Assembly: GCF_001457615.1 (NCBI RefSeq)
Contig: NZ_LN831024.1
Location: forward strand, 5,340,001-5,372,000
Direction of reading: 5' to 3'
Origin: Pseudomonas aeruginosa
GTDB lineage: Bacteria; Pseudomonadota; Gammaproteobacteria; Pseudomonadales; Pseudomonadaceae
DNA: 32,000 nt
Part shown: one piece after another, positions 10,524 to 21,631 of the stretch
Layout of the letters: every line of letters starts with the position of its first letter
How positions within the stretch are numbered: the stretch's first letter is position 1
Position numbers and translations under genes: made by a program
Notes under the pieces: generated by a model
Told to the model about the DNA's origin: nothing
What the model saw: the letters and a program-made list of their open reading frames with translations, nothing else
Databases searched by the model: none

Positions 10524-11371
10524 ACACCGTCAAGACCGTCCGTGAACTGCGCGCCGCGGTGGCGCGCGCCCGCAGCGAAGGCAAGCGCATCGGCTTCGTG
10601 CCGACCATGGGCAACCTCCACGCCGGCCATGCCGCGCTGGTAAAGAAAGCCGGCGAACGCGCCGACTTCGTGGTCGTCAGCATCTTCGTCAACCCGCTGC
10701 AATTCGGCCCCAGCGAAGACCTCGACACATACCCGCGAACCCTCGCAGCCGACCAGGAACGCCTGCTCGAAGCCGGCTGCCACCTGCTGTTCACCCCGAC
10801 CGTCGAGGAAATGTACCCCGACGGCATGGACGGGCAGACCCGCATCCATGTTCCCGGCGTCTCCGAAGGTCTTTGCGGCGCCAGTCGTCCCGGCCATTTC
10901 GAAGGCGTGGCGACCGTGGTCAGCAAGCTGCTGAACATGGTCCAGCCGGACCTCGCGCTGTTCGGCGAAAAGGATTTCCAGCAGTTGGCGGTGATCCGCA
11001 AGCTGGTCCGCGACCTCAACCTGCCGGTGCAGATCTTCGGCGAGCCGACGGTGCGCGCCGCCGATGGCCTCGCGTTGTCCTCGCGCAACGGTTACCTCGA
11101 CGAGCAGCAGCGCGCCGCCGCCCCGGCGATCTACCGCACCCTGCGGCAGCTCGGCGAACGCATCCGCGCCGGCGCCGAGGACTTCCCGGCATTGCTCGCC
11201 GACGCCCGCCAGGCCCTGGAACAGGCCGGGCTGCGCCCCGACTACCTGGAAATCCGCGAGCCGATCAGCCTGCGCCCCGGGGTACCCGGCGACCGCCAAC
11301 TGGTGATCCTGGTCGCCGCCTACCTGGGCAGTACGCGGCTGATCGACAACCTCTCAGTCCACCTCGATTGA
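10520..11371 (+). CDS. panC: Pantoate-beta-alanine ligase
   Basis: 283 aa from the ATG at 10520, which overlaps the panB stop (ATGA). N-terminus [37 protein letters not shown] carries the HxGH-type motif. The track ORF start at 10265 is an out-of-gene extension. Confidence 0.95.
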   Translation: MNTVKTVRELRAAVARARSEGKRIGFVPTMGNLHAGHAALVKKAGERADFVVVSIFVNPLQFGPSEDLDTYPRTLAADQERLLEAGCHLLFTPTVEEMYPDGMDGQTRIHVPGVSEGLCGASRPGHFEGVATVVSKLLNMVQPDLALFGEKDFQQLAVIRKLVRDLNLPVQIFGEPTVRAADGLALSSRNGYLDEQQRAAAPAIYRTLRQLGERIRAGAEDFPALLADARQALEQAGLRPDYLEIREPISLRPGVPGDRQLVILVAAYLGSTRLIDNLSVHLD

Positions 11372-11380
11372 CGCATGCCG

Positions 11381-11401
11381 AGCCCCCGGTTCCCGGGGGC
11401 T
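11381..11401 (+). terminator. GC hairpin after panC (weak terminator or RNA stabiliser)
   Basis: AGCCCCCGG-TTC-CCGGGGGCT forms a 9-bp stem. There is no T tract, so termination efficiency is uncertain. Confidence 0.35.
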
Positions 11402-11464
11402 TGAGCGCTCACCACGGACTCGCCATACTCTGCCGCCCCCCGCGGACCCGATAGGAGTCGCCCC

Positions 11465-11845
11465 ATGCACGCCATAATGCTCAAAGCCAAGTTGCATCGC
11501 GCCGAAGTCACCCATGCCGTCCTCGACTACGAAGGCTCCTGCGCCATCGACGGCGATTGGCTGGACCTCTCCGGAATCCGCGAGTACGAACAGATCCAGA
11601 TCTACAACGTCGACAACGGCGAGCGCTTCACCACCTATGCGATCCGCGCCGAGAACGGCTCGAAGATGATCTCGGTGAACGGCGCCGCGGCACACAAGGC
11701 CAAGGTCGGCGACCGCGTGATCATCTGCGCCTACGCACACTACAGCGAAGCCGAACTGGCCAGCCACAAGCCGCGCATGCTGTACATGGCGCCGGGCAAC
11801 CAGCTCAGCCATACCAGCGAGGCGATTCCGATACAGGTCGCCTGA
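11465..11845 (+). CDS. panD: Aspartate 1-decarboxylase proenzyme
   Basis: 126 aa, [30 protein letters not shown]. It includes the Gly24-Ser25 self-processing site that generates the pyruvoyl group. Confidence 0.95.
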   Translation: MHAIMLKAKLHRAEVTHAVLDYEGSCAIDGDWLDLSGIREYEQIQIYNVDNGERFTTYAIRAENGSKMISVNGAAAHKAKVGDRVIICAYAHYSEAELASHKPRMLYMAPGNQLSHTSEAIPIQVA

Positions 11846-11862
11846 CCTCGCCCCCTCTGGAT

Positions 11863-11888
11863 AAAGCCCGGTTTCATCCGGGCTTTTT
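11863..11888 (+). terminator. Intrinsic terminator of the pan genes
   Basis: AAAGCCCGG-TTTCAT-CCGGGCTTTTT. Confidence 0.85.
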
Positions 11889-11934
11889 CATGTTCAAATA
11901 AGTGCGCCATCGAATTCCAACCAGAAGGTCAGCC

Positions 11935-13599
11935 ATGAAGCACCACCTCACTCCGCTGGATGCCACGCAACTCGACAGTTGGCGCGCCCTGGCCGCCCAT
12001 CGCCAGGAACTGCAGGACTTCAGGATGCGCCAGGCGTTCATCGACGATCCGGAGCGCTTCAAGCGGTTTTCCTTCAGCGCCTGTGGACTGTTCCTCGACT
12101 TCTCGAAGAACCTGATTCGCCAGGACACCATCGACCTGCTGGTGAAGCTGGCCGAGGAAGCACGGCTGAGCGACGCGATCCGGGCGATGTTCGACGGCGA
12201 GGCGATCAATGCCTCCGAGCGCCGGCCGGTACTGCATACCGCGCTGCGTCGACCGATCGGCGACAAAGTGCTGGTCGATGGCGTCGACGTGATGCCGGAA
12301 GTCCACCGCGTCCTGCACCAGATGACCGAGCTGGTAGGCTACGTGCACAACGGCCTGTGGCGCGGCTATACCGAAAAGCCGATCACCGACGTGGTGAACA
12401 TCGGCATCGGCGGCTCCTTCCTCGGCCCGCAACTGGTATCCGAAGCCTTGCTGCCGTTCGCCCAGAAAGGCGTGCGCTGCCACTACCTGGCGAACATCGA
12501 CGGTAGCGAGTTCCATGAACTGGCCAGCCGCCTGAACGCCGAGACCACCCTGTTCATCGTTTCCTCCAAGTCCTTCGGGACCCTGGAAACCCTGAAGAAC
12601 GCCCAGGCCGCACGCGCCTGGTACCTGGCCCAGGGCGGTACCGAGGAAGAGCTTTACCGCCATTTCATCGCCGTCTCCAGCAACAAGGAAGCCGCGATCG
12701 CCTTCGGCATCCGCGAGGAAAACATCTTCCCCATGTGGGACTGGGTCGGCGGCCGCTACTCGCTGTGGTCGGCCATCGGCCTGCCGATCGCCATGTCCAT
12801 CGGCATCTCCAACTTCAAGGAACTGCTGTCCGGCGCCTACAACATGGACCAGCACTTCCAGACCGCGCCGTTCGAACGCAACATCCCGGTGCTGCTCGGC
12901 CTGCTCGGCGTCTGGTACGGCGACTTCTGGGGCGCGAACAGCCACGCGATCCTGCCCTACGACTACTATCTGCGGAATATCACCGACCACCTGCAACAAC
13001 TGGACATGGAATCCAACGGCAAGAGCGTGCGCCAGGACGGCACGCCGGTCACCAGCGGCACCGGGCCGGTGATCTGGGGTGGTGTCGGCTGCAACGGCCA
13101 GCACGCCTACCATCAGTTGCTGCACCAAGGCACCCAGTTGATCCCGGCGGACTTCATCGTCCCGGTGAGCAGCTACAACCCGGTGGCCGACCATCACCAG
13201 TGGCTGTACGCCAACTGCCTGTCGCAGAGCCAGGCGCTGATGCTCGGCAAGAGCCGCGAGGAGGCCGAGGCCGAACTGCGCGCCAAGGGCCTGCCGGAAG
13301 CCGAAGTGCAGCGCCTGGCGCCGCACAAGGTGATTCCGGGCAACCGACCGAGCAACACCCTGGTGGTCGAGCGCATCAGCGCCCGCCGCCTCGGCGCGCT
13401 GATCGCCATGTACGAGCACAAGGTCTACGTACAGAGCATCCTCTGGGGCATCAACGCCTTCGACCAATGGGGCGTGGAGCTTGGCAAGGAACTCGGCAAG
13501 GGTGTCTATTCGCGCCTGGTCGGCAGCGAGGAAACCCCGGCCGAGGACGCCTCGACCCAAGGCCTGATCGACTTCTTCCGCGGCCGCCATCGCGGCTGA
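11935..13599 (+). CDS. pgi: Glucose-6-phosphate isomerase
   Basis: 554 aa from the ATG at 11935, with SD GAAGG upstream. Starts [19 protein letters not shown] family sequence runs throughout (..[10 protein letters not shown].., ..[11 protein letters not shown]..). The track start at 11902 adds 11 unlikely residues and overlaps the panD terminator tail. Confidence 0.93.
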   Translation: MKHHLTPLDATQLDSWRALAAHRQELQDFRMRQAFIDDPERFKRFSFSACGLFLDFSKNLIRQDTIDLLVKLAEEARLSDAIRAMFDGEAINASERRPVLHTALRRPIGDKVLVDGVDVMPEVHRVLHQMTELVGYVHNGLWRGYTEKPITDVVNIGIGGSFLGPQLVSEALLPFAQKGVRCHYLANIDGSEFHELASRLNAETTLFIVSSKSFGTLETLKNAQAARAWYLAQGGTEEELYRHFIAVSSNKEAAIAFGIREENIFPMWDWVGGRYSLWSAIGLPIAMSIGISNFKELLSGAYNMDQHFQTAPFERNIPVLLGLLGVWYGDFWGANSHAILPYDYYLRNITDHLQQLDMESNGKSVRQDGTPVTSGTGPVIWGGVGCNGQHAYHQLLHQGTQLIPADFIVPVSSYNPVADHHQWLYANCLSQSQALMLGKSREEAEAELRAKGLPEAEVQRLAPHKVIPGNRPSNTLVVERISARRLGALIAMYEHKVYVQSILWGINAFDQWGVELGKELGKGVYSRLVGSEETPAEDASTQGLIDFFRGRHRG

Positions 13600-13612
13600 T
13601 CCGCCTCTCCCC

Positions 13613-13639
13613 AAAGCCCGGCCCTAGGCCGGGCTTTTT
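13613..13639 (+). terminator. Intrinsic terminator of pgi
   Basis: AAAGCCCGGCC-CTA-GGCCGGGCTTTTT. Confidence 0.85.
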
Positions 13640-13792
13640 CATTCCGTCCGGCGATTGACCCCGGCGCCTTCCCCGCTCGCGCCTTTGGCACTTGAACATG
13701 GCTCTCGCCTGGCCCACCCTTGGTCGAACCTGGAGAGGGGCCGCGTGCGGTCTCTCGACACCTTGCGGAGCAGAAAAACAAAGGAAACCGCC

Positions 13793-15730
<1,938 letters not shown>

Positions 15731-15737
15731 CCCGCGC

Positions 15738-15770
15738 AACCGTCCCGCCGCCCTGCGGCGCGGGACGGTT
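15738..15770 (+). terminator. GC hairpin after acs (terminator-like, no T tract)
   Basis: AACCGTCCCGC (15738-15748) pairs with GCGGGACGGTT (15760-15770). Confidence 0.45.
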
Positions 15771-15827
15771 CCAGTCTCTCCGGCGCCTGGGTTAAGCTCG
15801 TGCCTGCCCTGTCGTAGCGAGCCCCCC

Positions 15828-16709
15828 ATGGAAAGCGTCCGTCGCCATATCGAAAGCCAGGTGCTGAGCCTTACCGGGCTCGCCGTCGGCGGTGTCGACT
15901 TCGAGTCGCCGAAAGGCGATCCGGGCCTGTTCGGCCCCGATGCCGCCTGCTGGAAGGTCCACGGCGACTTCAGCAGCATGATGATCGGCGGCATCGGCGC
16001 GCTGCTCCTGCAGATGCTCCATCCGCTGGCCCTGGCGGGGGTGTGGGACCACTCCAATTTCCGCGACGACCTGCTCGGGCGCCTGCGTCGCACCGGTCAG
16101 TTCATCTCGGCCACCACCTACGGCCCGCTGGCCGATGCCGAGCGACTGATCGAGCGGGTCCGGCGCATCCACGAAAGCGTCATCGGCCAGTTGCCCGACG
16201 GCACGCCCTACTCCGCCAGCGACCCGGACCTGCTGACCTGGGTGCATGTCGCCGAGGTCAGCAGCTTTCTCAAGTCCTACCTGCGCTATCTCAATCCCGA
16301 CCTGCCGGGCAGCGAGCAGGACCGTTACTACTCGGAAATCGCCCTGGTCGCCGAACGCCTCGGCGCCCGCGCGGTACCGCGCGACCGCCAGCAGATCGCC
16401 GCCTACCTGGAGGCGATGCGTCCACGCCTGCGTTGCGACGAACGCACCCGCGAAGTGGTGCGGATTCTCTTCAACGCACCAGCGCCCAGCACCCTGGCCA
16501 GGCCGTTCGGCGCGCTGATGCTGCGCGCAGGCGCCGAGCTGTTGCCGGAATGGGCCGGATCGATGCTCGACCTCCCGTTCAGTCCGCTGCAACGCCGCCT
16601 GATCCGCGGCAGCGTCAGGCGCAGCGTACCCTTGCTGCGCTGGGCGGTGCGCAACGCTTCGATGCATCGAGCCTGCCGGCGCATGGGTCTGCCGCCGGTG
16701 AGCCACTGA
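15828..16709 (+). CDS. DUF2236 / MpaB-family oxygenase-like protein (uncharacterised)
   Basis: 293 aa. Coding-like codon bias. My recollection is that the sequence (..WKVHGDFSSMMIGGIGALLLQMLHP..RLRRTGQF..TWVHVAE..) resembles the ER-bound oxygenase MpaB / rubber oxygenase-like DUF2236 family. I have not verified this by a search. Confidence 0.75.
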   Translation: MESVRRHIESQVLSLTGLAVGGVDFESPKGDPGLFGPDAACWKVHGDFSSMMIGGIGALLLQMLHPLALAGVWDHSNFRDDLLGRLRRTGQFISATTYGPLADAERLIERVRRIHESVIGQLPDGTPYSASDPDLLTWVHVAEVSSFLKSYLRYLNPDLPGSEQDRYYSEIALVAERLGARAVPRDRQQIAAYLEAMRPRLRCDERTREVVRILFNAPAPSTLARPFGALMLRAGAELLPEWAGSMLDLPFSPLQRRLIRGSVRRSVPLLRWAVRNASMHRACRRMGLPPVSH

Positions 16710-16833
16710 ACTTTCGTGCCGTGACAGCAAGAATACCCGTCCAAAGGCTCTGAAACGGCGCGAATCACGGTCGGAACCTTGAGGCCGTGCCATACTCCAA
16801 CGCACCGCTTAGAACGGAAAACGAAAGAGAGCC

Positions 16834-19800
16834 ATGCCCAAAGGACTGAAACGCGCTGTCAGCGCCCTGCTGATCACCTTCCTCGTCTATTGCCTGCTGG
16901 GCTTTCTGCTCATACCCGGCATCGGGCTGCGCGTCGCCAACCAGCAACTGGCGCAATACGCCACCGTCCCCGCACGTCTCGAACGTATCGAATTCAACCC
17001 CTTCAGCCTGGAATTGACCCTCTGGGGTCTGCGCCTGGGCGAGGAGAAGAACCCCCAGCTCGCCTTCCGCCGGCTGTACGCCAACCTGCAGCTGGACAGC
17101 CTGTGGAAACGCCAGCTGCACCTGGCCGACGTCGAGCTGGAAGGTCCGCATACCGAACTGCTGTTCGACGAGAAGGGCCAGCTCAACCTGGCCAGCCTGT
17201 TCAGGATCCCGCCGAGCGAAGCGCCCGAGCCTGAACAGCCGAGCGACCCGTTCCCGCTGCGCATCGACCGCATCCAACTGGCCGAGGGCAGCCTGCACTT
17301 CCAGGACCTGCGACCGAGCGAGCCGGTGGACTTCAGCTTCGATCCGCTGGGCTTCGAGCTGCACAACCTCAGCACCCTGCCCGACGACGGCGCGAAGATG
17401 ACCCTGGTCGCCACCGGCCCGAACGGCGGCCGCCTCGACTGGGAAGGCGACCTAACCCTGGTGCCGATCACGTCCAGGGGCCACCTGAGCGTCAAGGATA
17501 TCCAGCTCAAGGCCTGGTGGCCCTATGTCCGCGACAATGCCCCGCTGGTGCTGGAGAACGGCGTGGTCAGCCTCTCCAGCGACTATCGCCTGGACCTGTC
17601 CAAGGACACCCAACTGCTGCTCGACAAGGCCGCGCTGAAACTCGCCGACTTCAGCATCAATTCGCCCCAGGGCAAGCCGCTGGCCAAGCTCGCCAGCCTC
17701 GACGTGGCCGCTACCACCCTGGACCTGGCCAAGCAGGAAGTGGTGCTCGGCGAAGTCCGCAGCCAGGGCCTGGAGGCCTGGGCCGCGCGCGAGAAGGACG
17801 GCCAGCTCGACTGGCAGAAACTGTTCGCCGACTTCACGCCGCCGCCACGCAAGGCGCCTGCACCCAAGCCGGCGGAAAACACCGATCCCGCCGCTGCCCG
17901 ACCGACGCGGCGAAGACCACCAGCGAACCGGCAACCGACGGTGCCGCCAAGGCAGCCGCGATAGCCTCGGGCGAAGCGGGCAAGGACAGGCCGGCGGAGA
18001 AGGGCGCCAGCGTCGCCGAGACGGAAAGGGCAACGGACGACAAAGAGTCCGCCAAGGCCGCGGAAGGCGCTGCCGACAAGGTAGCCAAGCAAGAGACGAG
18101 CAAGGCTCCGAAGACCGGCAAGGCAACCGGGCAGGAAACGGCCAAGACTGCGGAGATCGACAAGGCGGCCAACGACAAGCCGCAACAGCTCGCCGGCACT
18201 GCAAAGACGCCTCCGCCGGAAAGTACGAAAGCCGCCGCGGAGACGCCTGCCAAGCCCTGGCACATCGTCCTGCGCGACGCCCAGTTGCGCGGCTACAAGG
18301 CGCACCTGGTGGATCGCCAGCCGGCCACCGAGGTCCCGCTGGAAGTCGGCCCGCTGGACCTCGACCTGCAGAACGTCGACAGCCTCGGCAAGACCCCCTT
18401 CGACCTCAAGCTCAAGACCGGCCTCGGCAACCGCGGCCAGGTCCAGGCCAGCGGCCAGGTGGTGCTCGACCCGGTCAGCGCCAGGCTCAAGGTCAGTACC
18501 CGCGACATCGACCTGCGCATGGCCCAGGCCTACATCTCGCCGTTCATCCGCCTGGAACTGCGCAGCGGCTTCCTTGGCAGCGAGCTGGCGGTCGACCTGA
18601 AGAGCGTCGAGCCGCTGGCCTTCAGCGTCGACGGCAGCGCCGAAGTCAGCCAGTTGCATACCCTGGATACCATCAAGGACCGCGACTTCGTCAAATGGAC
18701 CAAGCTGACCCTCAACGGCCTCGCCTATCGGCACGAGGACAGCCTGTCGATCCAGAGCGTGTCCTTCGAGGAGCCCTACGCCCGCTTCATCATCAACGAA
18801 GATCGCAGCACCAACGTCAGCGAGCTGATCATCCCGCAACCGGCTAGTTCGTCCGGCAAGGCCGCCGCCGAAAGCAAGAACGCGCCGGCGAGCAAGCCGC
18901 TGGGCATCCACATCGGCGGCGTACGGATCAACAACGGCTCGGCGAACTTCGCCGACCTGACCCTGATGCCGCCGTTCGGTACCGCCATCCAGCAGCTCAG
19001 CGGCGAAGTCGGCACCCTCGACACGCGCAACTCGCAGCCGGCCAAGGTGGACATCAAGGGCAAGGTCGACAAGTACGCACCGGTGACCATCGCCGGCGAA
19101 CTGGACCCATTCGACCCGCTGAAGAAGCTCGACATCACCACCAGCTTCAAGCGCGTCGAGCTGACCACCCTGACGCCCTATTCCGGCAAGTTCGCCGGCT
19201 ACCGCATCCGCAAGGGGCGACTCAACCTGGACCTGCACTACCAGATCGAACGCAGCCAACTGAAGGCGGAAAACAAGGTCCTGCTGGAAGGCCTGCAACT
19301 CGGCGAGAAGGTCGACAGCCCGGATGCCGTGGACCTGCCGGTGAAGCTGGCGGTAGCCCTGCTCAAGGACACCAAGGGCAACATCGATATCCAGTTGCCG
19401 GTGGCCGGCGACCTGAACAACCCGGAGTTCAGCGTCATGCCGATCGTCTGGCAGACCCTGCGCAACCTGGTCCTGCGCGCCGTGCAGGCGCCGTTCAAGT
19501 TCATCGCCGGCCTCGCCGCCGGCGGTAACGAGGATCTCGGCACGGTACCCTTCGCCGCGGGCAGCGACGAGCTGACGCCAGAAGCCCAGGCCAACCTCGA
19601 CAAGCTCGCCGATGCGCTCAAGGAGCGGCCGGCGCTGCGCCTGGAAGTGGAAGGCGTGGCCTCCGCCGCGGCTGACGGTCCCTCGATCGGCGCCAAGCGT
19701 CTCGAACTGGAATACCAGAACACCTACTACCGCATGCTCCAGCGTCGCGGCGACAAGGTACCGAGCGACGCCAAGCAGCTTGAGGTGCCGGAGAACATGC

Positions 19801-20099
19801 AGGCACCGCTGCTCGAAGGCATCTACCGGACCCGCCTGAAGCAGCAGCCACCGGCCGAGTGGAAGGAACTGGACAGCGACGAACGCACCGCGAAGATGCG
19901 CGAAGCGGTGATCGCTTCCTGGGCCAAGAGCCAGGTGCTGCTGCGCCAGATCGGCCAGGCCCGGGCCACCCGGATCAAGGATTACCTGGTGGAGAAAGGC
20001 CAGTTGCCGGACGATCGCATCTACTTGATCGACGTCAGTTTCGCCGAAGGCGAAGACAAGGGTAATGTCGACACCCAACTGCACCTGGATAGCGAGTGA
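16834..20099 (+). pseudogene. Large DUF748/AsmA-like envelope protein, split by an apparent frameshift near 17897-17899
   Basis: ORF A (16834..17964, 376 aa) has an N-terminal TM anchor, ALLITFLVYCLLGFLLIPGIGL. ORF B ends at 20099 and carries repeated beta-rich modules, an AsmA-C-like motif IDIQLPVAGDLNNPEFS and a C-terminal domain. B only reads as credible protein from ~17898 onward (PTDAAKTTSEPATDGAAKAAA...). Its first ~125 track codons (from 17517) are Arg/Pro/Gly junk overlapping A. Adding one C to the CCC run at 17897-17899 joins the two into one ~1088-codon frame: ...ENTDPAAA-PTDAAKTT.... Confidence 0.7.
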
Positions 20100-20103
20100 T
20101 ACC

Positions 20104-20397
20104 TTGCACAAGCGATTCGCCGCCCTCGCGGCCCCCCTGCTCTACCTTGCCTGCGCGAGCGCGCAGGCCGACACCATGCGTTGCGGCAGTGCGCTGGTCA
20201 GCGTCGGCGACCGGGCCTTCGAAGTACAGCAAAAGTGCGGCGATCCGGATCACCGCGACGACGTCGGCTATACCCTGGGCAGCTACGATCGGCGGGAATT
20301 CAAGGTCGAGGAGTGGGTGTACGGCCCGCGCAACGGCGTGACCTACATCCTGACCTTCGAAGCCAACAAGCTGAAACGCATCGAGTTCAAGCGTTGA
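20104..20397 (+). CDS. Secreted small DUF2845-like protein, paralog 1
   Basis: 97 aa if started at TTG 20104, 5 nt after the upstream stop. This gives a clean Sec signal, (M)HKRFAALAAPLLYLACASAQA/DTMRCGS. The ATG at 20065 is the track alternative but overlaps the preceding gene by 35 nt. The mature part has two conserved Cys. Confidence 0.72.
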   Translation: MHKRFAALAAPLLYLACASAQADTMRCGSALVSVGDRAFEVQQKCGDPDHRDDVGYTLGSYDRREFKVEEWVYGPRNGVTYILTFEANKLKRIEFKR

Positions 20398-20708
20398 ATC
20401 GCTCGCTTCCGCGCACCGGGCTGGTGGCGTTGCTGTCCCTGCTGCCGTTGGCACATGCTCAGGCCGATTCGCTGCGTTGCGGCAGCCGCCTGGTGAGTAC
20501 CGGCGACAGCAGCGCCGACGTCCTTGCGCGCTGCGGCGAGCCACGCAGCCGCGACAGCCTGGGTTATCGCGAGGTCGTCGGGGAATGGGGCAAGCGCTAC
20601 GAGGTCGAGGTCCAGGAATGGATCTATGGCCCATGGAACGGCATGCTGTATTTCGTCCGTTTCGAGGGCAACCGCCTCAGCGCCATCCAGAGCCGGCGCG
20701 GCGACTGA
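20394..20708 (+). CDS. Secreted small DUF2845-like protein, paralog 2
   Basis: 104 aa from TTG 20394, which overlaps the paralog-1 stop (TTGA). Signal (M)NRSLPRTGLVALLSLLPLAHAQA/DSLRCGS. It aligns with paralog 1: RCGS-LVS-GD...CG-P..RD..GY...V.EW.YGP.NG..Y..FE.N.L..I. Confidence 0.72.
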   Translation: MNRSLPRTGLVALLSLLPLAHAQADSLRCGSRLVSTGDSSADVLARCGEPRSRDSLGYREVVGEWGKRYEVEVQEWIYGPWNGMLYFVRFEGNRLSAIQSRRGD

Positions 20709-20720
20709 ATCCAGCGCCCA

Positions 20721-20760
20721 TGAAGAAGCCCCGCCGGGCAATCCCGGCGGGGCTTCTTTC
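20721..20760. terminator. Bidirectional terminator between the convergent DUF2845 and csbD-like genes
   Basis: GAAGCCCCGCCGGG-CAAT-CCCGGCGGGGCTTC forms a 14-bp perfect stem (20725-20738 / 20743-20756). It is followed by TTTC on the + strand and by TTCA on the - strand. Confidence 0.8.
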
Positions 20761-20767
20761 TACCTGC

Positions 20768-20965
20768 TCACAGGCGGTCGCTGAAGTCGCGAACTTCCTG
20801 TTCAGCCCTTTCCTTGGACCAGCCATAGCGTTCCTGCAGCTTGCCGACCAGGTATTCGGCATGTCCGTCGGCAGCCTGGAGATCGTCGTCGGTCAGATCG
20901 CCCCAACGCTCCTTGATCTTGCCGGTGAGTTGCTTCCACTTACCTTTGATCACATCGGAATTCAT
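20768..20965 (-). CDS. CsbD-family general stress protein
   Basis: 65 aa, [61 protein letters not shown]. This is the CsbD/YjbJ signature. Strong SD AGGAGGAAG. Confidence 0.9.
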   Translation of the reverse strand: MNSDVIKGKWKQLTGKIKERWGDLTDDDLQAADGHAEYLVGKLQERYGWSKERAEQEVRDFSDRL

Positions 20966-21014
20966 CGGTCTTCCTCCTGGTGACGAGGGAAAAGGGATCG
21001 TTCGGCCCGGGCGC

Positions 21015-21359
21015 TTACTCGACCGATTTCAGGCCATCGGCGGAAACGGCTTTCACGCCCTTGATGCCCTTGGCGGTCTCGATCGCCAGGTCACGCTCGG
21101 CATCGCTCTTCACGTTGCCGGAAAGGGAAACCACACCTTTGTTGGTCTCGACCTTGATATCGACGCCACTGACATTCTTGTTGGCGATCAGGCTGGATTT
21201 CACCTTGCTGGTGATCCAGGTATCGGAAACCGCTTCTTCGGTTTTCTGCATAGTGTCGTTGGCCGCCAGGCTGATGGGCTGGGCAGCGAACGCATTGGCC
21301 ATCGAGAAGCTCAGAGCAGTGGCAGTAGCAGCGGCAATAGCGAGTTTGCTGAATTTCAT
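21015..21359 (-). CDS. Periplasmic BON-domain protein (OsmY-like)
   Basis: 114 aa from the ATG at 21359 (complement 21357-21359), with SD GGAGA upstream. Signal peptide [31 protein letters not shown]-domain sequence ..[40 protein letters not shown]... The track start at 21623 runs through the promoter region and the pnp terminator. Confidence 0.88.
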   Translation of the reverse strand: MKFSKLAIAAATATALSFSMANAFAAQPISLAANDTMQKTEEAVSDTWITSKVKSSLIANKNVSGVDIKVETNKGVVSLSGNVKSDAERDLAIETAKGIKGVKAVSADGLKSVE

Positions 21360-21424
21360 TGCGGTTTCTCCTATGGATTTCGAAAAACTGCAGCCATTCC
21401 TGGCGTCAGTTGCATAGTAGATAT

Positions 21425-21440
21425 CGCAAGCGCTGTGCCA
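21425..21440 (-). promoter_or_regulatory. Sigma54-type -24/-12 element upstream of the BON-csbD genes (competing sigma70/sigmaS reading exists)
   Basis: The minus strand reads cTGGCACagcgcTTGCg with exact GG-N10-GC spacing. It matches the consensus as well as the crcZ promoter does. It lies ~65 nt upstream of the BON ATG. The same bases can also be read as -35 CTGGCA / 16 nt / -10 TACTAT (21414-21419). Confidence 0.4.
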
Positions 21441-21582
21441 GTTTTCCTCTAAAATAAAATCCTTTAAAAACAATAGGTTAAAAAACAGGTCGGAAGCGAG
21501 ACGGTTGCAGAATGCCGAATTGGCGATGGCAGGGCTTGCAAAATGCAAGGATTCACCCCCTTCGCCGAGAAGCGTGTCGCGG

Positions 21583-21613
21583 AAACGAAAACAGGGCCCG
21601 AGGGCCCTGTTTT
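21583..21613 (-). terminator. Intrinsic terminator of pnp
   Basis: The minus strand reads AAAACAGGGCCC-tc-GGGCCCTGTTTT followed by CGTTTCC. The stem is 12 bp and starts 19 nt after the pnp stop. Confidence 0.85.
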
Positions 21614-21631
21614 CATCGATCACGACTCGAC

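Noticed and set aside
11929-13614. 561-aa minus ORF opposite pgi; similarly 7513..8820 (opposite pcnB), 9525..10508 (opposite panB), 13451..14509 (opposite acs) and 17583..20111 (opposite the DUF748 gene)
   Set aside because: These are antisense shadows of well-supported genes. They lack SD sequences and recognisable motifs.
13686-13700. TGGCAC hexamer upstream of acs as a possible sigma54 promoter
   Set aside because: The dinucleotide 10 nt after the GG is TG rather than GC (TGGCACttgaacaTG), so the -12 element is missing.
17860-17966. Programmed -1 ribosomal frameshift as an explanation for the split DUF748 gene
   Set aside because: There is no X_XXY_YYZ slippery heptamer in the zero frame near the junction and no obvious downstream pseudoknot or stem. 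A 1-nt change in a C run is the simpler explanation.
17950-18260. Lys/Ala/Glu/Thr-rich stretch of the DUF748 gene (and the similar charged region of infB, ~27540-27940) as possible tandem DNA repeats
   Set aside because: This is only compositional, low-complexity protein coding. I could not find exact or near-exact nucleotide repeat units.
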